DNA of 64,000 bases from Histomonas meleagridis 2922-C6/04-290x. Its lineage: Eukaryota; Protista; Parabasalia. The notes under the pieces are model-generated. The model was not told the origin of the DNA. It did no database searches and saw nothing but the letters and a program-made list of their open reading frames with translations. The stretch spans positions 434,001 through 498,000 of the forward strand of contig JAANOX010000205.1 of assembly GCA_020184695.1 (NCBI GenBank), read 5' to 3'. Position 1 is the first letter of the stretch, and each line of letters opens with the position of its first letter. Positions 40,236 to 49,638 of the stretch are shown piece by piece. The position numbers were made by a program, and so were the translations under genes.

Positions 40236-40841
40236 TTATGATACAATGCATAATTCCTTGATAGATTCATCTTTCTTAGAATGTTTTTCATGTGTTGGAG
40301 CTTCAACATGTAGTTCTTGCTTTTCTTCATTTTCTTTACGATCTTTAATAAATTTAGTAATTTCAAATAGGGATTCTTCAACATTTAAACCTGTTTTACC
40401 CGAAACTTCAAAGTATTTAAGGTTATACCGATTCTGTAAAGTGTTAATTTTATCTTGAGGAACAACTTTTTCTTGATCACAATTATTTCCAATAAGAAAA
40501 ATATCCGCATTTTTAATTTCATTTTCCATGGCTGAATTTATCCACCTTTCCACCATTGCAAATGTATTTTGATTTGCAAAGTCAAAAACCATAAGCATTG
40601 CATCTACACCTTTTGCAAAAGATTTCTGAATTGTGTGATAATGTTCCTGACCATCACAATTCCAAATTTGTAACTTAATGGGAGTGTTATCAATGTTCAT
40701 ATGTTTAAACTTATAATTAAGATTTATAGTTGATAACTGTTTTTCATTTGTTTCTTCGCCAAAGATTCTTTCCAAAAAATCTGCCTTACCAACAGATGTA
40801 TCACCAACAAGCAAAATTTTTATTAGCATTTCATTATCCAT
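40236..40841 (-). CDS. Divergent Rab-like GTPase with degenerate G-boxes and a C-terminal CIVS
   Basis: Rab1/8-like scaffold (IKILLVGD, IKLQIW, FEVSGKTG.NV) but with GKA, WNCDGQE and GNNCD. Confidence 0.85.
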   Translation of the reverse strand: MDNEMLIKILLVGDTSVGKADFLERIFGEETNEKQLSTINLNYKFKHMNIDNTPIKLQIWNCDGQEHYHTIQKSFAKGVDAMLMVFDFANQNTFAMVERWINSAMENEIKNADIFLIGNNCDQEKVVPQDKINTLQNRYNLKYFEVSGKTGLNVEESLFEITKFIKDRKENEEKQELHVEAPTHEKHSKKDESIKELCIVS

Positions 40842-41335
40842 CGTCCTTTCTGACTATCAGGATTCGCTCAAGTTGGTAAAAATTGAATTGTAATGGGGCA
40901 CCCCTTTAACTTATGCTAACGGCTTCCTTACATGAGGGTAGCAAGTTATTCATAATAATTAGCTGTTGGCAATTTTTTATTTTTAATATTAATAAGCAAA
41001 TTCTTATTTTGATCCATGTTTGGTCTGATCATGGTTTATATATCTATTGAGATTTGATGGTTTAATCAATTTAAAAATTAAGTAGGCTTTCCTCTTGTAA
41101 AAGCATTAAAAACATTCCTAAAGTATTTAGCGGTCATATAAACAATTAATTAATGAAAATACAAATGATGGATATGATTAGAATAAAAAGAAAAAGATTC
41201 TTTAAAATCAATATAACAAGAATTATGTGCGCTAGCCTATTTATCATAGCTGGGATTGTTCTAGTTTAGCTTATGATGGAATTTCAAAACTTGATTTTTT
41301 TACAAACGTTCTGGTACCAAAAGTGACACAACAAT

Positions 41336-42256
41336 ATGTTCTACAAGAAATTTGATGAAATTTCTTCAAAAATTCCAAAGATATTCAACAACAGAAAAGG
41401 CTTATATGAAGCAGCTAAAGAATATGCAGATCTTGCAACAACTCAAGATGAACAAAATCCATTCGAATGTGGTCTTGTAGCACTTGCAATATTTGGCGAA
41501 ATGCAATGCTACAAAAAATTAGACGACAAACAAAAAACAGTTCGAACTGCTGTCAAAGCAGCTCGACTCTTTATCAAATCAGCTACATTTAATTATGAAA
41601 TCTCACGTAACCTCCGTGATACCTGGTCAGATCCACTTGCTGATGGTCTCCACTGTTATAGGGTTGCAGCAGATGTTCTTAAATCCCAAGGTAAACATAA
41701 TCTTGCAGTTGTTCTTCTTATTGAGCTTGGCAAAACGGAAGCACAATTTGATTTATTCCATTACGCTGGCAACACGTATGAGGAAGCTCTTACTTTATGT
41801 ATTGATCAAACACTTTCTCCCCCATTATTATTTGATTCCACATTTTATTGCATTGATTGTTACAATCGTGCTGATCGCCTTGACTTAGGTCTTTCCGTTG
41901 TTGACAGAGTATTTTCCAAGATTCCTCAAGCCTTACTTGACCAAGTAAGAACATCACCATTAATGAATCGGCAATTTTCTGATTTACAAATCTTTAAAGC
42001 ACAGTTACTTTTAAGTGCATTTAGGCATGCTGAGTGCATTGAGTATTCCGCGGCTAATCTAGATGAAAAGGTCGCGTCAATATTCAGTTCGCTTTGCGAA
42101 GCATCAAAAAGTAATCAAATAGCGGTAATTGACGCGTTGATAAATGACGCGAAAGCACAGAATTATTTCACAGAACAACATATAGCATTGTTTGAAAGAC
42201 ATTTGTTCTTACTCTCAAAGAGTATCGAAACTGCTTATTCAGAACTTGCGCATTAA
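41336..42256 (+). CDS. HAP40/F8A1-like TPR (SNAP-like) helical protein
   Basis: By-eye co-linearity with human HAP40 over about 150 aa, including IS.K..K.F...EA, AARLF, W/YxDPL and G...A..L..EL. Confidence 0.6.
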   Translation: [306 protein letters not shown]

Positions 42257-43006
42257 CATTTTATAACAGAGCGAAAATAAACGTTTTTGTTTGAATTTTT
42301 GATTTTCTCTCCTTATAATCAAGTGCAAAGTCAGAAAATATTAATGTTGAATGATTTCCAATGATTATTTTGAAAAATTCTTTCATGTTAAAATAAATAT
42401 TAACATCAATTCCTTTTTATCTAAGAAGTAATTTAACTTTCTCGAAACAATCATTTTTAAATGCTAGTAAATTTATAAATGTTGTATTAAATAATTTTAA
42501 TAAATTCCAAACATCACCTTGAAATATGAAATCATTAAAATAAAAATCAAATAAAATGTATAAGTATCTTAGCATTACCATCAATTCATTTTAGTTAAAG
42601 AAGTAATTTAACTATTTCCATATATCCAATTATAGATGCCCAAATAGGCTGTTTTAAATTATTTGTATGAATCATTAAGTACATATTTAATCTTAGGATT
42701 ATTTTAATGAACAATATGCTTAATTTTTTTATGGTGAAATACATTTGAACTTCATCACTGAACTATTGAAAATATTTTTTCCTCTATAGCTATTAATTAA
42801 TATAAAAATCAATTTATAATATCATATTCGCTAAATGAAAAACCCAAAGCATCCATTCATGTAGTTCACCTAAACACTGAGGAGCAGCTCTCCTTTGAAT
42901 GGTATCAATAAATAACATTTCCAAATTCATTCAAGAAGAATTAAGAAAAAAATTTTTAATTAAAATCAGTTTTTGAAATATAATTTTATTAATTGGCTCT
43001 ATTTAT

Positions 43007-43837
43007 TCAATCGAATAGTCCCTTCATTGGGTCTTCTTGCTTAGGAATGTTTTGTCTTCTTTCTTCTCTCTTTGCTTGTATGTCTCTTTCCTTCATTCTC
43101 CTCTTTGCCTTCTTGATTCTGTCTGCCTTCATCTTCTTATATGGCGAAACAAACAACGGATTTTCCCATATCTTTGAGCCCTTAAATGCGCCTGCGAGGA
43201 CAAGAACAGGAAGAAGTTGCACGCGAGGACCGATTTCCATTAACATTGGAGGTTCATCGTCATTCCACTGGATTTGGTAATGACGAATCATGATTGTATC
43301 ATCAACTTTATAGAACGTAAGAGTTTGATCTACAAATGGTTTGGAATGTGGATCTTGATATGGAACAGAAAACATTCGTCGTAAAAGAATTTTGGACATG
43401 GAAAAAATGCCATTGTCATCAAGGGCTGGATCAAAGAAGATTAAAGGACGTGAACCTTTAAGACAATTACCAAGAGCGCGAAGTTGACTAACACTAATAG
43501 CATCTTTGATATAAAAGGAAACAGAAGGACCATTTGGAATACTAGAAATCCACATGTAACATTCAGGATTCTTTCGATGTCGTGTTTCAAATAAAACAAC
43601 AGTATCACAATGACGATCTGATGCAATTGTATCAAGAAAATGGATTTCATCTGGCGGCACTGCACCTTCCTTTTTGGCATGTGGAATTAGTTTAAAGAGA
43701 TCATCCAAAACTTGATGATGAACATGTAGAAGTCCTTTATTTCCAAGAACCATTGGGCGATGATGCATTGGTCCTGTGTAATGCTTTTTATGCTCTTTAT
43801 CTTCTTTAGGAGCAAGCTTTTTTAATACAGCAGACAT
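43007..43837 (-). CDS. BRX1: Ribosome biogenesis protein BRX1 (Brix domain)
   Basis: LIPHAKKE, LFETR, WIS..PNGPSV.F, GNCLKGSRP...FD, SKPFVD, IRHYQI and EIGPR. Confidence 0.93.
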   Translation of the reverse strand: MSAVLKKLAPKEDKEHKKHYTGPMHHRPMVLGNKGLLHVHHQVLDDLFKLIPHAKKEGAVPPDEIHFLDTIASDRHCDTVVLFETRHRKNPECYMWISSIPNGPSVSFYIKDAISVSQLRALGNCLKGSRPLIFFDPALDDNGIFSMSKILLRRMFSVPYQDPHSKPFVDQTLTFYKVDDTIMIRHYQIQWNDDEPPMLMEIGPRVQLLPVLVLAGAFKGSKIWENPLFVSPYKKMKADRIKKAKRRMKERDIQAKREERRQNIPKQEDPMKGLFD

Positions 43838-44178
43838 GTTTAATCTACTTGACCAAAGGTTTTGAATTGATTTTAATCGTCACTAAAATGCTAAATTTTT
43901 TTTCTCTTTTCCCTAATTATAATTCTTATTATTTCAAATATAGGTAATTAAATCTTTTAATTTATTAATTAAATAATCATATTCCTAATAAAATTAAAAT
44001 AGTACAAAAATAATTATTTATTAATGTTATATGGTTAAAACTTTTCTTCACAAATTTTGAATATATAAAGAAAGCTAATAAACAAACACTTATTAAATCA
44101 ATACAAAAATCATCTAAAAAATCACTTCTTTAAAAATACGGAAATGTGATATGAAAGATATGGTTCGAAAAGTGGCAT

Positions 44179-45456
44179 ATGTCCTCTGAGAATGATGAAC
44201 CCCCGACAGTGTCTGGTCAGCTTCGGCTGAAAGGGGTATTGGGAATATGGAAAGTACGTCATTGTTGGCTCAAAGGGAAGAAGCTATATTTTTCCAAAAC
44301 AAACAATTTTGCAGATTGTTATGAATATGTTAAAATTAACGACAAAACAGAAATTACCCTTGAAGACAACAAGTCACAGTTCACCATAAAAACGGAGAGC
44401 GGTGACAAATATACATTATCAGGCGTTTTACCGGAAGTATTAAACTGGGTCTTTGCACTTCGAACGTGCAAATCTACATCCAAATCATTCTCTATGGATC
44501 AGTTCCGTGTCATCAGTGTTTTAGGTCGAGGCTTTTATGGGAAAGTCATGCTCGTTGAAAAGCTTGACAATGGCCAACTTTATGCAATTAAAACCATTCA
44601 CAAGAAGCGAATTCTTGATCTCAAACAAGAATCCACCGTACAAGCCGAACGAAATCTTTTACATTCACTTGAACCGAATCCATTTATTGTTCGAATCGAG
44701 TTTGCCTTTCAAACAGCACACAAGTTTTATATTGGTCTTGAGTATGCACCAGGTGGTGAATTACTTCATCATTTATCAAATCTTAATGTATTACCCATTG
44801 ATGACATTCGCCTTTATATTGCCGAAATAGTATTAGCACTCGAACACCTTCACAAGAACAACATCATATATCGAGATCTTAAGCCTGAGAACATCCTCCT
44901 AAGTAAAGACGGCCACATCAAACTAACCGATTTTGGCCTCTCAAAACAAGTCGAAGAAAACAGCACGAGCACTTTTTGTGGGACCGCCGAATATTTAGCG
45001 CCGGAGATCATTGCACATAAGCCGTATACATTTAAAGTTGATTGGTGGGCACTTGGGATTCTATTCTATGAGATTATGTTCCAAGAGACGCCATTTTATG
45101 ATGAAAACCAAAACAAAATGTTCGAAAATATTTTGAACGAAGAACCTGAAATACCAAAACATAGTCATAAGGCTGCTTCTGATTTAATCATTAACTTGCT
45201 GAAAAAGGATCCTGAAGAAAGATTCGATTGTGACCAAATTAAGGCGCACCAATTCTTTCATGGATTGAATTGGGAAAAAGTTATGAGATGCGAAATAGCT
45301 CCAAAAGATTTTAAGGCTGTAAATGAAATGGATCCTGAAAACTTTTGCTCAGCTTTCACTGGTGAGGTGCCAATGGACTCGGAACTGATGACAAAGGATC
45401 CGAACTTCGAACTCTCAAACTTCTCATTCGGACCAACAAGCAGCGACTTCCTTTAG
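44179..45456 (+). CDS. PH-domain AGC kinase (Akt/PKB-like)
   Basis: N-terminal PH domain (WKVRHCWL...WVFAL), GRGFYGKV, YRDLKPEN, DFGLSK, TFCGTAEYLAPE and an AGC C-tail F..FSF. Confidence 0.93.
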   Translation: MSSENDEPPTVSGQLRLKGVLGIWKVRHCWLKGKKLYFSKTNNFADCYEYVKINDKTEITLEDNKSQFTIKTESGDKYTLSGVLPEVLNWVFALRTCKSTSKSFSMDQFRVISVLGRGFYGKVMLVEKLDNGQLYAIKTIHKKRILDLKQESTVQAERNLLHSLEPNPFIVRIEFAFQTAHKFYIGLEYAPGGELLHHLSNLNVLPIDDIRLYIAEIVLALEHLHKNNIIYRDLKPENILLSKDGHIKLTDFGLSKQVEENSTSTFCGTAEYLAPEIIAHKPYTFKVDWWALGILFYEIMFQETPFYDENQNKMFENILNEEPEIPKHSHKAASDLIINLLKKDPEERFDCDQIKAHQFFHGLNWEKVMRCEIAPKDFKAVNEMDPENFCSAFTGEVPMDSELMTKDPNFELSNFSFGPTSSDFL

Positions 45457-45886
45457 GGCTTAAGTAAAAGGTCATGAGAAAATTCTTTTTTCTTTTGCGT
45501 AAGTGAACCGGATGAAAAATACATTGTGATGCAATTGAAACGATTTACAATTTGTTCTTTTATATATGAATGCTTAGCTGAAATTGTTGGATCTTAATCG
45601 AAATGGTTTAAATTATGGTAAACTATTTTTTGCTTACAATTTTATATAAAACATAAAACTATAATGCAAAATAGAAGATATTCTTAAATAATATTCATTA
45701 AATATCTTGTTTATGTACATTGAACCAAATAGGTCTTAAGAAGAAAAGAATTCTTTAAGGAATAGATCTTAGAGATTTTCCATTTATTTCAATATCGTTA
45801 TAATTGCAAAAATGAATTCACTATAAGTTTATTAAAAATGTTTTACTTTGGCTTATAACCATTTTAACATTAAATTCAGGTAAACC

Positions 45887-46492
45887 TTAAATTGCTTGGT
45901 GTATTTCATTCAAGAGAGGTTCAACGCCAATGTCTTTCAACAAAGAAACTTCAAATATTTTGTATGATTTATTTTCCAAGTATTTCTTACATTCAATTTC
46001 TAAATCATTTGGAGTAAAAGATCTTTCTTCAGTAATATCACACTTGTTATACACAACAATCACTTGGTGTGGTATGTTCATTTGGATTTGTGAGAAAAAT
46101 TTTATGCTTTTCAAAGAGTTTATATGATCAGGACTAACAACAATAATTACAACATTCGCATGACTTGTATATAATTCCGCTGTTATAGCATTGTAGGTTT
46201 CATCAAACTTTCCAGAGTTATCATAAATTGTCTTATTTTCGTCACCATTAATATGACTTAAAGTTCCTGGAAGAGTTGATTTGTATGTGTCACTTTGTTC
46301 AATGCCACACAAAATATTAAAAAGTGTTGTTTTACCAGTGGCTTCAAAACCAATAATAGTAGTAATCGAATCCTGATTTGTTGGGTTTTCGGGTGGGAGT
46401 TGACCAGTATGACCAAGGTATCTTCCATTCTTATCTCTTACAACACAGGGATCGTCATCATAATATATGGTTTTAGACTGATTCATTCCCAT
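45887..46492 (-). CDS. Atypical Ras-superfamily GTPase with a predicted N-myristoylation motif
   Basis: It starts MGMNQS, has G1 GFEATGKT, G3 YDNSG, G4 NKCD and G5-like VSL, and has no C-terminal cysteine. Confidence 0.75.
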   Translation of the reverse strand: MGMNQSKTIYYDDDPCVVRDKNGRYLGHTGQLPPENPTNQDSITTIIGFEATGKTTLFNILCGIEQSDTYKSTLPGTLSHINGDENKTIYDNSGKFDETYNAITAELYTSHANVVIIVVSPDHINSLKSIKFFSQIQMNIPHQVIVVYNKCDITEERSFTPNDLEIECKKYLENKSYKIFEVSLLKDIGVEPLLNEIHQAI

Positions 46493-46785
46493 TTTTTGAA
46501 TTTTTCCAAAAATCTGATTTTTAAAATTAACGTCTTCTTATTGTCAACAAAATTGATGTTTTGATCGGTTTTAATATAAAAAGTGAAAATTTTAGTCAAA
46601 TTTTTTCTCCAAGTTTTTTTAAATCGATTTTAATCGTGTTTTCGAGTTTTTCATGTGTGACGGGTATCGTTAGAAAGGTTTTGGAAGTTTCAAAAAACCG
46701 CCCAGGTTTTCTCAAATTTTAATGACAAAATTGGATTCTCCACAATTAACCGACCCTATTTGTGTTCGTGTGTTTGGAACTTTTC

Positions 46786-47900
46786 CTATTTCACCCTTAA
46801 GGGTGAATTTGTAACAAATGTCTGTTCTTTAAAATCATTAGAAAATGGATCTTCTTCAATATCCTTATATGATAATACACTAAAATTGTTGATTTCATAT
46901 GTTTTATTTTCATTTTCTTCTTCAAGTTTATTTTCGTCATTCGTTTCATTTTCGTTTTTTGATGTTGTCGTAATATTATAACAAAAATTACAACAATTAT
47001 ATAATAAAAACAATTATTCCAATTATAATTCCAATAATTAAATATATATCATTTCCATTTTCGTTATAATTTTCTGATTTCGAGTTTATAAGAATATAAA
47101 AATTGGAATAATATGAAATATATGTAGAATTTTATAATCATATTAAATAATTTGCTCTTATAATATTGAAAATATTCCGAAATTCGTAAATGTTATCGTA
47201 TTTGAAATATATATTTTATTAATTGAAATTGTGTTCGTAATTGTTAATGAATTTATCAAAGTATTCGATAACGAAATTCCATATGAATATGAATCTGTTT
47301 CTATTTCTTTTTGTGTATACGAAAGTGTTAGTGAGATAATAAATGATTCTGATATGGTATTTGATTTTTTGTTAATGTTTCTGGTTTGATTAATGTGATT
47401 GATGAAATAACGGAATTGATTCCAATTAATGTTCGTGTCTTTGATTCACTAAATGTTTCTGCAAATGTTTCTGAATTCGTTTTTGTTAATGTTTCTGTTA
47501 TTGATTTCCTTGTAATTGGAATATATATTTGTGATGATGTCAATGAATTCGTATTTGTGTACGTTCGTGACTGTGTTGTTGTCGGTGAACGTGACAATGT
47601 ATTCTATGCTACTCTTGAAGATGTATAAGTTTCTGTATTTGAAGCGGTATTTATTTCTAATCCATGTATCTGTATCTATATATTTGCCATTTACTTTTGT
47701 GTGTGTGTATGTATATATGGTTGTTTTTGTTATTAAATATGCAAATGTTTTAACACTTGTACTCTTGTATGTCACAACATTCACACTTGTATATGTTTGA
47801 ATTGTTGTGTAAACTGATGTATATGATAGTGTTGATGTTTGAATATAATTTTCTGTATTTGAAGCGTTATTTATTCTAATCCATGTATCTGTATCGATAT
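46786..47900 (-). pseudogene. Frameshifted Thr/Ser-rich mucin-like surface protein gene with TM and EDPFSNDF tail
   Basis: Thr-rich segments are scattered over several frames (47328-47597, 47449-47784). They are followed by YISYYSNFYIL, the TM IIGIIIGIIVFII/IVVIFVII broken by frameshifts, and the tail IEEDPFSNDF. Confidence 0.75.
47631..47895. repeat. Direct repeat of 45-46 bp (47631-47676 and 47851-47895)
   Basis: TTCTGTATTTGAAGCG[G/T]TATTTATT[T/-]CTAATCCATGTATCTGTATC, with one substitution and one indel. Confidence 0.92.
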
Positions 47901-47995
47901 TTTACAATTTTTGATCATTTATTTAACTGAGTTCTTTTTATCAAATATATATTTTAAATAGAATTCATTAAAATAAAAATAATTTTAAAACATTT

Positions 47996-49462
47996 TTATT
48001 CAATTGGTCTGGAAATCTTTTCAATAATATTTGTTTCATCCTTAAAGTTTTTATCATAATTATCCAAAGCCACACCATAAAACAGCTTTGCTATTACTTT
48101 ATTCCTTGGCACCAAAACTCCATCCCAAAACGCGTCTCCGATTTTTTCATATATCAAACCCTCATTTTCCTCATCCACAATATCCTTTAATCTCAACAAA
48201 TACGTTTCGTTATCACTAAACACTAAAGCTAAATGCGCTAAAGCCAAAGGATTTGTTGCAGCTCGTGAAAAGAACATCAACGCTCTTTTCTTCTTTTGAT
48301 ATAAATAAAAAAGAATTATGCCAATCATAGTGGAAGCTGTTTCACTTCCTTTTGCTAATGCTCTATAAAATATGTTCACAGACATATCATAATCTCCGAC
48401 CAAAAACGCGATGAATCCGCAGCGAATTAAATCGCTTTCTGTTCCACATGTACATTTGTTCTTAAACAAGATGTTACTTAATATGTCTCGTGGTGACTTA
48501 TCATAGAGTTGATGAATAAATATGTTACACAACTGCAAATTTCGTTCGCGAAGATTCGGTGATGCAGTTGTAAATATTTTAATGAGTAAAAGTGATTTAG
48601 TGTTGTTTTGGACACATAAAGGTGTAATATAACATTCATCAATCGATTGCGCAATATTAGGACGGAATTGAAGTTGGATACTTGAGTCATATGAAAGTTG
48701 TTGTTGTTCGTGTTTGATGCAAAAACTTTCAGAAAGTTGATTTACTTCACTGTAATCATCTAGAACAGCAGGTGGCGATAAGCGAATAAGTGAATAATCA
48801 ACAGATTCAAATGTTGGAGAATATTTATCCCAAATATCGGGATTTAGTTTTTGCATATAAATTAATGCTTTTTTATATCCACAAATTGCACAATAACGAT
48901 ACCAACGGATATGAATGGGATCATTAAGTAAGTAAAATATGTTGGAAACTAGAAGCGCTCGTCGACTATTTATGGTATTATCAAAAATGAATAACGTAGA
49001 ACGGGGTATAAAATGGAGTGCTTGGAGATATTGACCTGAGCGTATAAATGACTTTATTATGTCAATGGATAAGAGTTGTGGATTGGAGCGATAAAAACGT
49101 TTATGCCAAAAAAGAGATTTTTTTGTATTATTTAGATAATATGACCCAAGTAAAGAAATGGCTTCCAAGCTACCATGGTCAACTGCTTTCTTAAGAAAAA
49201 ATTTGGATGTATGAAATAATTGATGCTTTTTTGAAAATAATGCTAACAATAAATAAATGTTATAACATCTTTCTTTGTTATTAAGACTAAGCGATAAATC
49301 AACCTGCCATAAACGTGAAAATATTTGGTTAACTGATGAAATATTTTGAAAATCATTATTTATATCTGTAGAAATTTGATTGTCTAACGTCTGGTGATCA
49401 TTTATTTTTTTCTTATAATGCCGCTGGTGAATAATGGAGTGAGGTGAAGGAACAAGAAGCAT
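47996..49462 (-). CDS. Sel1/TPR-like repeat protein
   Basis: LKKAVDHGSLEAISLLGSYY, WYRYCAICGYKKA, FYRALAKGSETA..MIG and IGDAFWDGVLVPRNKVIAKLFY. First ATG at 49462. Confidence 0.72.
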   Translation of the reverse strand: MLLVPSPHSIIHQRHYKKKINDHQTLDNQISTDINNDFQNISSVNQIFSRLWQVDLSLSLNNKERCYNIYLLLALFSKKHQLFHTSKFFLKKAVDHGSLEAISLLGSYYLNNTKKSLFWHKRFYRSNPQLLSIDIIKSFIRSGQYLQALHFIPRSTLFIFDNTINSRRALLVSNIFYLLNDPIHIRWYRYCAICGYKKALIYMQKLNPDIWDKYSPTFESVDYSLIRLSPPAVLDDYSEVNQLSESFCIKHEQQQLSYDSSIQLQFRPNIAQSIDECYITPLCVQNNTKSLLLIKIFTTASPNLRERNLQLCNIFIHQLYDKSPRDILSNILFKNKCTCGTESDLIRCGFIAFLVGDYDMSVNIFYRALAKGSETASTMIGIILFYLYQKKKRALMFFSRAATNPLALAHLALVFSDNETYLLRLKDIVDEENEGLIYEKIGDAFWDGVLVPRNKVIAKLFYGVALDNYDKNFKDETNIIEKISRPIE

Positions 49463-49638
49463 TTCGCAAAGCGCACCCACCAAACGGTTTTTGAAGAAAA
49501 TTAATTATTAACGGTCACATTCAAATTTTGCTATGTTTAATTCTGTAAGTATTTAAGCTTTCTGTTTGTGTTTTTACATAACACAATTTCAAAAAATGGA
49601 TTTGTATCTATTTAGTATTTATTTATCTATAATTGTAC

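Noticed and set aside
34067-42256. Apparent membrane-trafficking gene cluster (CLEC16A, AP-3 mu, Rab-like, HAP40-like)
   Set aside because: The genes are interspersed with unrelated ones (PRC1, Myb), and trafficking genes are abundant in parabasalids, so chance adjacency is sufficient.
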